A DNA stretch of 64,000 bases from an uncultured bacterium (GTDB lineage: Bacteria > Chloroflexota > UBA5177 > JANWHV01). A program made the translations under genes and the position numbers. The notes beneath the pieces were generated by a model. That model was given only the letters and a program-made list of their open reading frames with translations. It did not search any database and was not told the DNA's origin. Location: the NCBI GenBank assembly GCA_963827235.1, contig CAWHAE010000016.1, forward strand, positions 1,156,002 to 1,220,001, read 5' to 3'. Below, in pieces: positions 1 to 9,621 of this stretch; positions within the stretch are counted from its first letter, which is position 1; each line of letters starts with the position of its first letter.

Positions 1-224
1 GCCTGCCAGGGCCGTGTACTGAAGAAGGGATCGCGCACGCTGTTCGCGCGCTTTAATCCCACGATGCTGCAGATCCTGCGTACCAGCCAACTCTCAGCGG
101 CTGCCACCTCGACGAGCACATCCAGCATTGCGCGATGTGCTTGCTCAATGCTCTGGGTCAGCGCCCACTGCAGATCGGAGAAGACGCGTTGCATAGCCCA
201 ACGGGTCAGCATCTGGAAGCCGTT

Positions 225-793
225 TTAGCTGCCGGATTCAGCCCTCGATCGCAGGACCCAGCCGTGACCCGCGTCCGGGATGGGGTGCTGTCCGAGGAAG
301 AGGCTCAGTTGGACCGCGTATTCCTGGACGTGACGCATGGTATAGAGTTGCAGCTCCAGAAAGCTGGTGGACTGCCCTGCCGACCAGGGATAGGCGCCGG
401 GCCGATTCGCCTGCTCATCGGTCAGCGCGACCAGGGTGCAGTGACACTTTCGGCGCAATGACGCGAGATAGTCGCGCAACTCCTCCTTGTGTAGGGCTGT
501 GCGGGCAGCGCTTCATGAGAATCGAGCACCCCGTGGGCAAAGGGAGCAGGGGGAGTAAACTCCCTCCTCTCCGGCATGCCGGTGAGATACAGGTCGAGCC
601 AGACCAACGCGTGAAAGCCGACATACCAGAACTCGGCAAACTGCTGGGGGAACTCCGGCGGCGGGGAGTTTCGCCAGAGGCACTGGGTCCACAGCGAGGC
701 GGGACAGGTCACCAGGGCGTTGTCCAGCATGTCGATGGCGGCGCCGAACTGCCGCCAGAGCGCGGCCTGCCATGGGGTCTCCATCTGTCTCAA
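225..793 (-). CDS. DinB-family protein (one frameshift near 490)
   Basis: ORF 793-422 (LWRQFGAAIDMLDNAL..FWYVGFHALVWLDLYL) continues in ORF 479-225 (LELQLYTMRHVQEY), giving the DinB/YfiT His pattern. Confidence 0.7.
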
Positions 794-816
794 CCGCCTC
801 GCCTTCTACTCCGTGC

Positions 817-1218
817 TCAGGCTCCTTGCTCCTCGCTACCGTCCCGTGCAGGAATACGTTCCTCGAAGATCAGGATGTTCCGAAAGGGATCGCAGAGCCA
901 GAATCCTTTGGTGCCCCAGGCGGTCTCCTGAACAGGAGACCGGACAGCACCAGTCGGCTCATACTGCTGCTGCAGTGCCTCGATATTGGTGACGCCGATA
1001 TAGCACACCCTGCAACCCTCTCGGGGTGCTTGTGGTGGATCGGAGACATTCCACTGCAGCGCGATCCTGTCACGTTCGACGATGGCGAACCCTTCGCCAT
1101 GATAGGTGTTCACAAAGCCAAGTTGTCCATAGAATGCCAGGGCTTGCTCCATATCTCCGACAAGAAGTCGAGGCGCGACTGACTCGAGTGTCGGTTGCTT
1201 CTCTAGGGATGCTGACAT
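817..1218 (-). CDS. VOC/glyoxalase-bleomycin resistance family protein
   Basis: VAPRLLVGDMEQALAFYGQLGF...VQETAWGTKGFWLCDPFRNILIFEE; ATG at 1218 with AAGGGA upstream. Confidence 0.85.
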   Translation of the reverse strand: MSASLEKQPTLESVAPRLLVGDMEQALAFYGQLGFVNTYHGEGFAIVERDRIALQWNVSDPPQAPREGCRVCYIGVTNIEALQQQYEPTGAVRSPVQETAWGTKGFWLCDPFRNILIFEERIPARDGSEEQGA

Positions 1219-1285
1219 TGGTGCATATCCCTTTCTTGCCCGCAGTGATGCCTGGTGTCTGTGCCAACCCGGCACCGCCATCGCG

Positions 1286-1811
1286 GCGAGGAAAGCACGC
1301 GCCGCCGGGCACCCCTGGGAGACGCACGATGGGGAGCACGTCCCGAAAGACCTGCTCCCCATCGCGTACCTGTGTCCCCGATACTCCTGCTGGTGCCGCG
1401 GACACCGCTACGGCCTGCCTGGTTGGACCCCGTCGCAACGGGTTCCCACCGTTCCCCGCGATTCTCTCGAATCACGTGGTGGCGAGCTATAACGTGCCCC
1501 GAGACTCTCTACCGTCTCCCGCGTGCGTGTGGGATTGGGCGACGGTGGGCTGCCTCGTGCGGCCCTGGTGCGTGGTCATGGTCGACACGACGAACGGGTC
1601 TCCCATACTCTCCCGCCCGCCGGTATCTGGCGACGCTCCCGGCGATAGTTCCCTTCACCCGACCGGCGCTTGCACGCGCGGTCTGCAGTTGCGGGCCACC
1701 TCAGGGTAGCGGTGCGGATCTCCTTCCTCGTACACAGTTGCATCAGTTCATTCAGGTACTACGAGCATAAGTCACGTCACGAGCGGCATCCAGGAACTTA
1801 TCCACCACGTC
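1286..1811 (-). ncRNA. Putative large structured RNA/leader element, copy 1 of 2
   Basis: Roughly 85-90% identical by eye to 10302-10828; long-range helices (1403-1411/1706-1714; 1366-1372/1753-1759), GAGA and UUCG tetraloop hairpins; lies upstream of the VOC gene. Confidence 0.6.
1322..1368 (-). terminator. Strong UUCG-capped hairpin at the 3' end of the repeated element (no U-tract)
   Basis: Minus strand GCGATGGGGAGCA-GGTC-TTTCGG-GACG-TGCTCCCCATCGTGC; identical in copy 2 (~10338-10384). Confidence 0.5.
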
Positions 1812-2047
1812 TGAAACGTGCCCGATTTCAAAGGTGATCGGGTTCTGATTGGGAAGGCGACATGGACCACGCGCCGCCCAAGCCGTCGCGCTGCTCCCTG
1901 CCGCCGTGTGATGCCAGGCTCGTGATTAGGAACGAAGCATGCACGGATGTATCCGGATAACCGGCTGCACGCAAGGGATTGTCGCGGGTAGCCTCTACGG
2001 TGTGGGCTGATCACGGCATCGTGCCGGCAACCGCAAAGGGGCTCAGG

Positions 2048-2608
2048 ATGGCCTTGCTGATCTACTCGGCGATCACCTCGCTCGACGGCTATGTAGAGGA
2101 TGAGAACGGCAGCTTTGACTGGGCTGAGCCGGACGAGGAGGTGTTCGCCTTCGTCAACGACCTTGAGCGTCCGGTGGGCACGTACCTCTATGGGCGGCGG
2201 ATGTACGAGACCATGGTCTATTGGGAGACCGCGCAGTCATTGGCCAATCACGCGCACGTCGAACAGGACTTCACCACGATCTGGCAGGCGGCCGACAAGA
2301 TCGTGTATTCCCGCACCCTGCAGACGGTCTCCAGCGCCAGGACGCGTATCGAGCGGGACTTCGAGCCCGAGGCGATCCGGCAGTTGAAAGCCACTGCGGA
2401 ACGCGACATCACCGTAGGTGGTGCCGAACTGGCCGCCCAGGCGATCCGGGCTGGGTTGATCGACGAGTACCACCTGTTCCTCACGCCGGTCGCGGTCGGA
2501 GGCGGGAAGCCGTCCCTCCCAAACAAGATCGGTGTGCACATCGAGCTACTCGACGCACGCCGTTTCAGCCATGGCGTGGTGTATCTCCGGTACCGCACAA
2601 GGATCTGA
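2048..2608 (+). CDS. Dihydrofolate reductase-like (RibD C-terminal domain) protein, type A
   Basis: LIYSAITSLDGYV, YLYGRRMYETM, GGAELAAQAIRAGLIDEYHLFLTPVAVGGGKP. Confidence 0.9.
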   Translation: MALLIYSAITSLDGYVEDENGSFDWAEPDEEVFAFVNDLERPVGTYLYGRRMYETMVYWETAQSLANHAHVEQDFTTIWQAADKIVYSRTLQTVSSARTRIERDFEPEAIRQLKATAERDITVGGAELAAQAIRAGLIDEYHLFLTPVAVGGGKPSLPNKIGVHIELLDARRFSHGVVYLRYRTRI

Positions 2609-2638
2609 TCGTTCGCCACTCGGAGCACGGAGACTCAC

Positions 2639-3219
2639 ATGAGAAAGCTCACCATCCACGAACACATCTCGCTGGACGGCGTGATCCAGCAGTCCGCCGA
2701 TGACTGTAATTTCCCCTACGGCAACTGGAGCGTGCCCTATCGGACCCCCGCTGGCCGGGAGGCAATCCTCGCGGCATATGGCGAGCGCTTCGATCTGGTG
2801 CTTGGCCGGCGCACATACGATATGTGGTCGGACTCCTGGCCACACGCGCCGAGCAGTCCGATGGCGGACCGCCTCAATGCGGCCACGAAATGTATCGCCA
2901 CCCACCGGCCGGAAAGTCTTTCATGGGGCCCGTTCGTGTGCCTTGGCCCGGACATCGTCGAGGGCATTCGCCGGATCAAGGCGCAGGACGGCCCGGACCT
3001 TATCCTCGCGGGTAGCTCCACGCTGACATCGACGCTGCTCGAACATGGGCTCGCGGATGACGTCGTGCTGGTCGTCTCTCCGGTCCTGTTGGGCACTGGT
3101 AAGCGCTCTTTGCAGAAGGAACCCCGCCACGCTCTTTCGAGCTCGTCAGCACGAAGGCAACGCCGTCCGGCGTCATCCTCAGTGCGTACAAGGTGGCCGG
3201 GCCTTTGCAGACCGGATAG
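2639..3219 (+). CDS. Dihydrofolate reductase-like (RibD-C) protein, type B (frameshift near 3110)
   Basis: MRKLTIHEHISLDGVIQ, LVLGRRTYDMW, GSSTLTSTLL; alternate frame gives FAEGTPPRSFELVSTKATPSGVILSAYKVAGPLQTG-stop at 3219. Confidence 0.8.
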
Positions 3220-3551
3220 GGGTCGTCGCACAAGCAACAACGAACGCGGCGACGTTTGCGCCGGGTCTACGCGTAGGTTTTCTGACCGATTCTGCGACGA
3301 CCCCTCAGTGGCCCAGGGCTACGATTGCGGCGAGCCGTGGCGAGCCTGCACGTCCATGGCGTCGTGTATCTCCAGTACCGCGCAAGGATCTGATCGTTCG
3401 GCGCTCGGGGCCAGGATGCGCATGGTCTGCGTTGTCCCAGGCAGGCGGTCCTGCGTGCTGTTTGCTGCCTCCTCCCGGCGTACAAGGTGCTCTGCGCTGC
3501 CGCCTGATTCCAGGTTATTGAAGGTACGTCTCGCCTGCTGTCCGGGGCTGA

Positions 3552-4433
3552 TCAGATGAAGTAGTGGCCCTGTTCGATGTCCTCGATGAGGCCGGGGTGG
3601 GTGGGCTTCCAGCCCAGGAGCTCCTGGGTGATGGTGCTGGAGGCGGGCATGTCGGTGCTGAGGAGGTGCACGAGCATGCCCCCGAACTCTTCGGCGGGCA
3701 GGGACCGGGCCGGCAGGTCCAGGTGCCGGCCGATGGCCTCGGCGATCTCGCGGACGGGCACGCCTTCGTCGCCGACGGCGTGGAGCACCGCGCCGGCGGG
3801 AGCCTGCTCGATGGCCAGCCGGTACAGGCTCGCGGCGTCCTTCACGTGGACGGCGGGCCAGCGGCTGGTCCCGTCGCCGATGTAGCCGGAGACGCCCTTG
3901 GTCCGGGCCACGGCGATGAGCTGGGGGATGAAGCCGTGACGTTCTCCCTCGCCGTGCACCGAGCGGGGCAGCATGACCAGGCAGGAGCGAACGCCCCGGT
4001 CTGCGGCCGCGAGCGCGGCCTGCATGTTGGTGATGCGGGCCGCGATGGGCCCGGCGGCGATGAGTTCGTCGCGTTCGGTCGCGGGTCGGCCGGGTGTGAC
4101 GAGCGTTGCGCCAGAGATCACCAGGGGCTTGCCGGAGCCGGCGAGGCAGGTGACAAACGTCTCGATGGCCGTGGCGTCGGTCCGCGTCGCAGCCTCGCTC
4201 ACGCTGGGCACGACGAAGGCCAGGTGGATGACGCCGTCGCTGTCGAGGGAGCCGGCGCGCAGCACGTCGGTGTCGTTCAGGTCGCCGCGCAGCACCTCGG
4301 CGCCCATGTCGGCGACTGCTGTGGCGGAGGCGTCCGAGCGGGCGAGCCCGAGGACCTGGTGGCCGGCACTGATGAGTTCGGGGACGACGGCCGAGCCGAT
4401 CCAGCCGGAAGCGCCGGTGACGAAGATGCGCAT
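3552..4433 (-). CDS. NAD-dependent epimerase/dehydratase (atypical SDR)
   Basis: MRIFVTGASGWIGSAV Rossmann motif, WPAVHVKDAA; GGAG RBS before ATG at 4433. Confidence 0.9.
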   Translation of the reverse strand: MRIFVTGASGWIGSAVVPELISAGHQVLGLARSDASATAVADMGAEVLRGDLNDTDVLRAGSLDSDGVIHLAFVVPSVSEAATRTDATAIETFVTCLAGSGKPLVISGATLVTPGRPATERDELIAAGPIAARITNMQAALAAADRGVRSCLVMLPRSVHGEGERHGFIPQLIAVARTKGVSGYIGDGTSRWPAVHVKDAASLYRLAIEQAPAGAVLHAVGDEGVPVREIAEAIGRHLDLPARSLPAEEFGGMLVHLLSTDMPASSTITQELLGWKPTHPGLIEDIEQGHYFI

Positions 4434-4501
4434 GGAAAGGTCTCCTTGGTCGTGCTTTGGGTGATGAAGATGCGCGGCGAGGACGCCGCGGCCGAAACGA
4501 C

Positions 4502-4585
4502 GATGCGATCCGGTCGCATCAACTATACCACAACCATGCGATGAAGTCGCATCATCTCTCCAGGTGATGCGATCCCGGTCGCCTC
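4502..4585. promoter_or_regulatory. Three palindromic TetR-type operators (ATGCGA-N5/6-TCGCAT-like)
   Basis: GATGCGATCCGGTCGCATC 4502-4520, ATGCGATGAAGTCGCAT 4536-4552, GATGCGATCCCGGTCGCCTC 4566-4585, between the divergent SDR and TetR genes. Confidence 0.7.
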
Positions 4586-4600
4586 GCGTATGCTGTGACG

Positions 4601-5216
4601 GTGAGCAGATGGGCACCGAACGCGCGTGAGCGCCTGGAGACCGCCGCGCTGGACCTGTTCGTGGAGAACGGGTACGAGGACACGACCGTCGCGCAGATCG
4701 CGGATCGCGCCGGTTTGAACCGCGCCACGTTCTTCCGGCACTTCGCCGATAAGCGGGAGGTCCTGTTCGGCGGTGAAGACGTGCTGGCCGGGCTGTTCGC
4801 CGACGGCCATCCGGGCTGCCTCTCCGGATGCGACGCTCACCGAGTGCCTGCAGGCGGCGTTCGCGGCCGCCGAGGTCGCGATGACTCCGCAGCAGCGGGC
4901 GAAGGCCGCCCAGCGCGTGCTGGTGGTCGCGGCGAACAGCGAACTGCAGGAGCGGGGACTGCTCAAGCACGCCCGGATCGCCAGGTCAATCAACGCCGCC
5001 CTGCGCGAACGGGGCGCAGACGAGCTGACCGCCCGGCTGGGGGCGGAAGTGGGGATGCTCGCCTTCACCATCGCCGTTGAGCGCTGGATGAAGGCGGACA
5101 ATGACGAGCCGTTCTCGCTCCATGCCGCAGCGGCATTGCGTGACCTGCAGGTGCGCGCGGCCGAGCTTGACTCCCGGTCCCGCCCCTCAGTCTCACGTGA
5201 GTTCAGCGAAACGTAG
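4601..5216 (+). CDS. TetR-family transcriptional regulator (frameshift near 4805)
   Basis: RWAPNARERLETAALDLFVENGYEDTTVAQIADRAGLNRATFFRHFADKREVLF; C-terminal part in ORF 4773-5216. Confidence 0.85.
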
Positions 5217-5231
5217 GAGACCAGCTCACGC

Positions 5232-5372
5232 TTGTTACGAGTCAACAAAGGCCAGCTAGCGAACCGGAGGAAGGGCAGTTCAGGCGGCCGCCTGTACGCC
5301 TTCGACACGGAGAGGCACAAGAAGCGGCACGCCATGAAGTGCGGTATCAACCGGCTCAAGCGCAATCGTGCC
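5232..5372 (+). pseudogene. IS5-family transposase C-terminal remnant
   Basis: RRKGSSGGRLYAFDTERHKKRHAMKCGINRLKRNRA resembles the IS5/IS427 C-terminal motif GGRPPAFD..YK.RN.VER.INRLK. Confidence 0.55.
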
Positions 5373-5622
5373 AAACTAGTCATCCACCACCGTGTAGACC
5401 ACCGTGAACACCATCTCCTACGGTACATCCATGGCAACCTCCGCCGCGACGGTATTCACGTGGTGTCTCGCTGTCCGATGAGGCTTTACTTGAGCGAAGC
5501 CAGCGAAAGCCGCGCGAGGAACCATCAAGTAGCCACGGTGGCTGGTCCGCCATCTGGGACATCTTGCTCGATGTTTTCCGCGTGTCGTGCCGCCGGGCGG
5601 TCGCATCCGTGCCACGATCCGT

Positions 5623-5910
5623 TCAGTCGAAGGACTCCGGCCACTGACGTTTTGAGTGGATGACGGCGAGGAGTTGTACCACGCCCGTGCGACTGCGATA
5701 GGGCACAATGTATGGGGTGTTCGGTACAACAAGCTCGCGCGTGCCGTCCACGCGTCCTGGCCGCCCCAGCGCCGGTTGTTCGAGAAGCAGCGCGGCAGTC
5801 GCAAAGATGCGGTCGTAGACTCGCTCCGCGGCGTCGGGATCGTCACGCGCGATGTACGCGACAATCTCAGCCAGATCTGCTCGGGCTTGCGGCATCCAGC
5901 GGAGACGCAC
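5623..5910 (-). CDS. Type II TA toxin, RelE/ParE family
   Basis: MRLRWMPQARADLAEIVAYIARDDPDAA...PALGRPGRVDGTRELVVPNTPYIVPYR. Confidence 0.9.
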   Translation of the reverse strand: MRLRWMPQARADLAEIVAYIARDDPDAAERVYDRIFATAALLLEQPALGRPGRVDGTRELVVPNTPYIVPYRSRTGVVQLLAVIHSKRQWPESFD

Positions 5911-6189
5911 TTAGCCCTGCGCTGAGGTGCCGCTGCCCAGTCGAGCGCGCGCGTCGGTGACGATGTGCCGCATCTCCGCTTCGATCTCGTCCTGTTCATA
6001 GCCCAAGTCGGCATCTGCTTCGGCCAGACCTTGGCGGATCTTGGCCACTTGCCAGCTCTCTTCGGCCAGGTAGCGCCGTACCGCTTCTGCCACGTGGTGA
6101 TTGCGGCTACGTCCTGTAGCGGCGGCGAGGGCATCCAGTTGCACCTTATACTCTTCCGCCATGCGGACCGGGATGTTTGTCGTTGCCAT
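5911..6189 (-). CDS. CopG/RHH-family antitoxin
   Basis: IPVRMAEEYKVQLDALAAATGRSRNHHVAEAVRRYL; abuts the toxin; GGAGG RBS; inverted repeat TGTAGAC..GTCTGCA at ~6234-6252 is a likely operator. Confidence 0.85.
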   Translation of the reverse strand: MATTNIPVRMAEEYKVQLDALAAATGRSRNHHVAEAVRRYLAEESWQVAKIRQGLAEADADLGYEQDEIEAEMRHIVTDARARLGSGTSAQG

Positions 6190-6618
6190 CGCGGTGTAGC
6201 CTCCTCACTGCGAGTATAGCAGCTGTAGAGATCTGTAGACATACCGTCTGCAACACGAAGCGCCAACACCGATCGTGGTCCTTGGGCTCGTACGCAGGGG
6301 TCGGCGCGCGTCAAGGGAGAGGGCGATGCGCGGGCGCCAATGCGTTGAGACGGACTGACTGAACGCATCAACGCACTCACGCTTCGGCGCAGTGGCCGGC
6401 GGTGACGCTGCCGCGCAAGCGCCGATGACAGCCAATGCCATCAACTACAGAATCCGACCATCAAATGGGTCTCACATACAATGTCCAAACATCAAGGAAG
6501 TTGTCGTACGACACTCGCTGCAAGGTTGCCAGTCTACGCTCTCAGCCCCTCATGTGCACCGCGCGCCTCAAGCTCTGCCGGTGCTGCCGTTGTGCAGGAA
6601 GTTGATCTGCCGCTTACC

Positions 6619-6656
6619 ACCATCGCCATCGCCATCGCCATCGCCATCGCCATCGC
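6619..6656. repeat. Hexanucleotide microsatellite (CCATCG)x6
   Basis: ccatcgccatcgccatcgccatcgccatcgccatcgc visible directly. Confidence 0.9.
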
Positions 6657-6859
6657 ACACGAGGGTGCGCCGGTCAGTATACAAATGAAGAGCATCGTGT
6701 CCCTGGGCGACGACGAGGCTCGCCCGGATGACTGCCGGCCGGGTGCAGCGTGATGCCGTCCAGCCGGCACAGGCCGCAGCCACTGGTGAGCCGTGGATCA
6801 TCAGCGTGGGCGCGCACCGGCGCGGCGGGCAGGGCCAAGGCGATAGACTGGGTTCGAAG

Positions 6860-8095
6860 CTATCGACGCCCGCGAAACGTTCGTCGCAGGTCCTCGACCC
6901 ATTCTTCGGGGACTTCCCATGGAATGAAGTGACCGCCGTGGTCGTGCGCGGTGATGTTGACGTGGTTGTACCAGGCGGCGCGATCGCTTTCCAGGAAGTG
7001 CTGCACGCGTTGCTCGTTCGTGTCCACGCCGGGCGGATTCTCGTAGCCGACGAACGTGATCCCGGTTGGTGCTTCGACCACCGGCCAGCGATCATGCGAC
7101 GGCTGCCAGGGGTAGCGGTTGTTGTTCGCGTAGGTGCGCATGGACGTGGCGATCGCGTCTCCGGCCCAGTAGATCGTGGCATGGGTGAGCCGGTCGTCCT
7201 TGCTGAAGACGTTCTCGATGTTGCCGCCGGTGTCGGCCCAGTTGGTTCAGCGCTCCAGGATCCAGGCGAGCATTCCGGCAGGCGAGTCGGTGAGCCCAAA
7301 GGCCAGCGTGCTGGGGTCGAGCACGTGCGCGGCCAGATGCACGGCAAACCGCTTGTCCAGGCTCACGATCCGCCGATGGATCGCGGGCCGGAGCCCTTCG
7401 GGAATGGCTCGACCGCCGGAGTAGTCCCAGCCGCGGTCGCCATTGAAGAAGCTGAGCTTCAGCCCCGAGCAGATGTGGATCGCATACAGCTCGCCGGCGT
7501 ACTTGTGCCCGAGCTGCCCGGTGATGAGCGCGCCGACGTCGCAGCCTGCGGCGGCGTATTTCCGGTAGCCGAGAATCCCCGTCATCAGCTGGCGCCAGAC
7601 GTCTGCTATCTTCCAGAAGTTCATGTCCGGGCTGCTCGACGGCGGTGTTGAGAAGCCGAATCCCGGCAGCGACGGCACGATCACGTCGAACGCCTCGCCG
7701 GGGTCACCACCGAACGCGCCGGGATCCGCCAACCGGTCGACGACCTTCGACCAGTGCCAGAACGTCCACGGCCACCCGTGCGAGAGGATCAGCGGCGTCG
7801 GGTTGGGGCCGGCTCCCGGCCTGCGCATGAAGTGGACGGGCACGCCGTCGACGTCGACCTTGTAGTGCTCGTAGGCGTTGATCGCCGCTTCCGCCGCGCG
7901 CCAGTCGTACCTGGTACTCCAGTACTGCACCAGCACCTGCAGATACGAGCGGCGCACGCCATAGTAGCCGTCATCGTTGCCGGCATCCTCGGGCCACTTG
8001 GTCGCCTTCAGCCGGACGACGAGGTCGTCGAGCACCGCATCCGGGACATGGATCGGCGTTTGCTGCAGCGGGAATGCTGTATCCGGCACGCCCAA
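6860..8095 (-). CDS. Epoxide hydrolase (EHN + alpha/beta hydrolase), frameshifted near 7250
   Basis: LILSHGWPWTFWHW, VIVPSLPGFGFS, nucleophile elbow GCDVGA, C-terminal HGGHFIPWEVPE in ORF 6860-7141. Confidence 0.85.
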
Positions 8096-8302
8096 CTCCG
8101 TGACAGTGACTCAAACCCAAGGCAAGCATGTGGGCGTGTTTCCGTGCCGACGGCCCGGGGCGGCCGGCGGTTCGTTGCGCCGCCGCGACGAGGAGGCCCA
8201 CGACCCTGCCCTGAGTCTAGTCTACGGGACAAGGCGTCGAAGACGAGGGTTCGAGGCCGGCCGTAACCCAGTGTTGTGCCCTGGTGGCCATGCCGCTTAC
8301 TC

Positions 8303-8731
8303 TCATGCTCGGTGCATATGCCCGTCTTGGGACTTTATGTAGTCATAGGATTGTTGCACGATTTGTTCAAGTATTGGCAGTTGTATATCGCTAAGCCGCT
8401 TGATGTACACACAAACCCTGCTCGAAGTATGTTTGCCTAAGCGAGCCAGTAATTCAGAGTAACGTACCGTGCCGTCCATAAGGTAAATGGTTATCTTACC
8501 TCTTCTTGGATAAAAACCAATAGTCTGGCTGTCGCCTTCGCGTCCGCTGTCGTATTTGTAGTGATACGTATCAAACCCGATAGTTCCCACATTCCACATC
8601 TTTGGCTCATGTCCGCTTATTCTCTGCATCATTTCAACAAGCACGTGGCAATCTCTTACGCTTTCTTCATCGTCAAGTGAAGAAATATAGTCTGTGACTG
8701 AACTGTCATTATGAGTAGTCATTTTGTCCAT
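8303..8731 (-). CDS. DUF1801 (YdhG-like) domain protein
   Basis: ISGHEPKMWNVGTIGFDTYHYKYDSGREGD...LGKHTSSRVCVYIKRLSDI; clearly lower GC than its flanks. Confidence 0.9.
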   Translation of the reverse strand: MDKMTTHNDSSVTDYISSLDDEESVRDCHVLVEMMQRISGHEPKMWNVGTIGFDTYHYKYDSGREGDSQTIGFYPRRGKITIYLMDGTVRYSELLARLGKHTSSRVCVYIKRLSDIQLPILEQIVQQSYDYIKSQDGHMHRA

Positions 8732-8827
8732 GGGTCATATTGTACCATCTCAGACAGTGCCAACTCAACGAGCAGGGGCGGACGGCACGACAGCTGAGGG
8801 CATGTTAGCAGCGGACGGCGTCTCCAA

Positions 8828-9429
8828 TCAGAACGACCCAGCGTTGACCGGACCTGCGGCGCGGTAGGTGGTGATGAGGACGCCCTTGGGCGTGCTGCGC
8901 GTCTCGACCAAGGCAAGGCCGCGCGGCAGCACGCCATTCCCAAACAGCCGCTTTCCTTCGCCGAGCACCACCGGAGCGATCCAGTGGCGATATTCTTCGA
9001 CAAGCTCGGCAGCGATCAGCGTTTGCAGCATGCGCTGCTGCCCCCGACATGTAGCACAGGCCCATCCGATGCCTTGAGGCGGCGGACCTCGTCCATGATA
9101 TCGCCCCCTATGCGCTGCGACTTCTCCCAGTCGAGCTGGTCGAGCGTGCGCGTGACGACGTAATTGGTCGCCTTGTTGAACGCCTTCGCGATCGGGTTGT
9201 CGCCCTGGTGCGGCCAGCAGGCGGCGAAGATCTCGTAGGTCCGGCGTCCCAACAGCATGCCGAACTCCCCAGCGATAGTCTCGTCGATGATCTGGCTGAG
9301 GGCGTCGTCCCCGAAGGGCATGGCCCAGCCTCCGTAGGTGAACCCGTTGCTCGGATCCGCGTCGGGGCCACCAGGCGCCTGCATGACGCCGTCCACCGTG
9401 ACTTGGGTGATGGCGATGATCCTTCTCAT
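8828..9429 (-). CDS. Dihydrofolate reductase-like (RibD-C) protein, type B (frameshift near 9035)
   Basis: MRRIIAITQVTVDGVMQAPGGP, LLGRRTYEIFA; C-terminus LVEEYRHWIAPVVLGEGKRLF in the adjacent frame. Confidence 0.85.
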
Positions 9430-9621
9430 TGTCTCTCTCCAGTTTCTTCGCATCGCATCCCAAGACGCGAGCACCAATTGGCCGCTCTCTCTGGCTTTCG
9501 GTTCACTTGCTTGCCTTGGACGGCAGCGAGAGAGAGCGCGCGACATGGTCGAGGCTCTACGCGGCAATCTCAGGCCCACCCTTTTGCCGTGGAGTCCGCC
9601 AATGCCGGCATCGCGGGCCTC

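Noticed and set aside
1798-1806. TTATCCACC as a DnaA box/origin
   Set aside because: Single 8/9 match per copy, no box cluster or AT-rich unwinding region; better explained as part of a minus-strand promoter
1286-1811. Repeat element as group II intron, cobalamin riboswitch, T-box, RNase P or hammerhead
   Set aside because: No domain V or RT ORF; AAGGGAA and CCCGCAACTG occur in the wrong order for a cobalamin switch; no GGTGGNACC T-box or GAGGAAAGTCC; CTGATGC lacks the hammerhead CUGANGA core
6619-6656. (CCATCG)6 as a CRISPR or phase-variation tract
   Set aside because: No spacers or cas genes, and not inside a credible CDS or promoter
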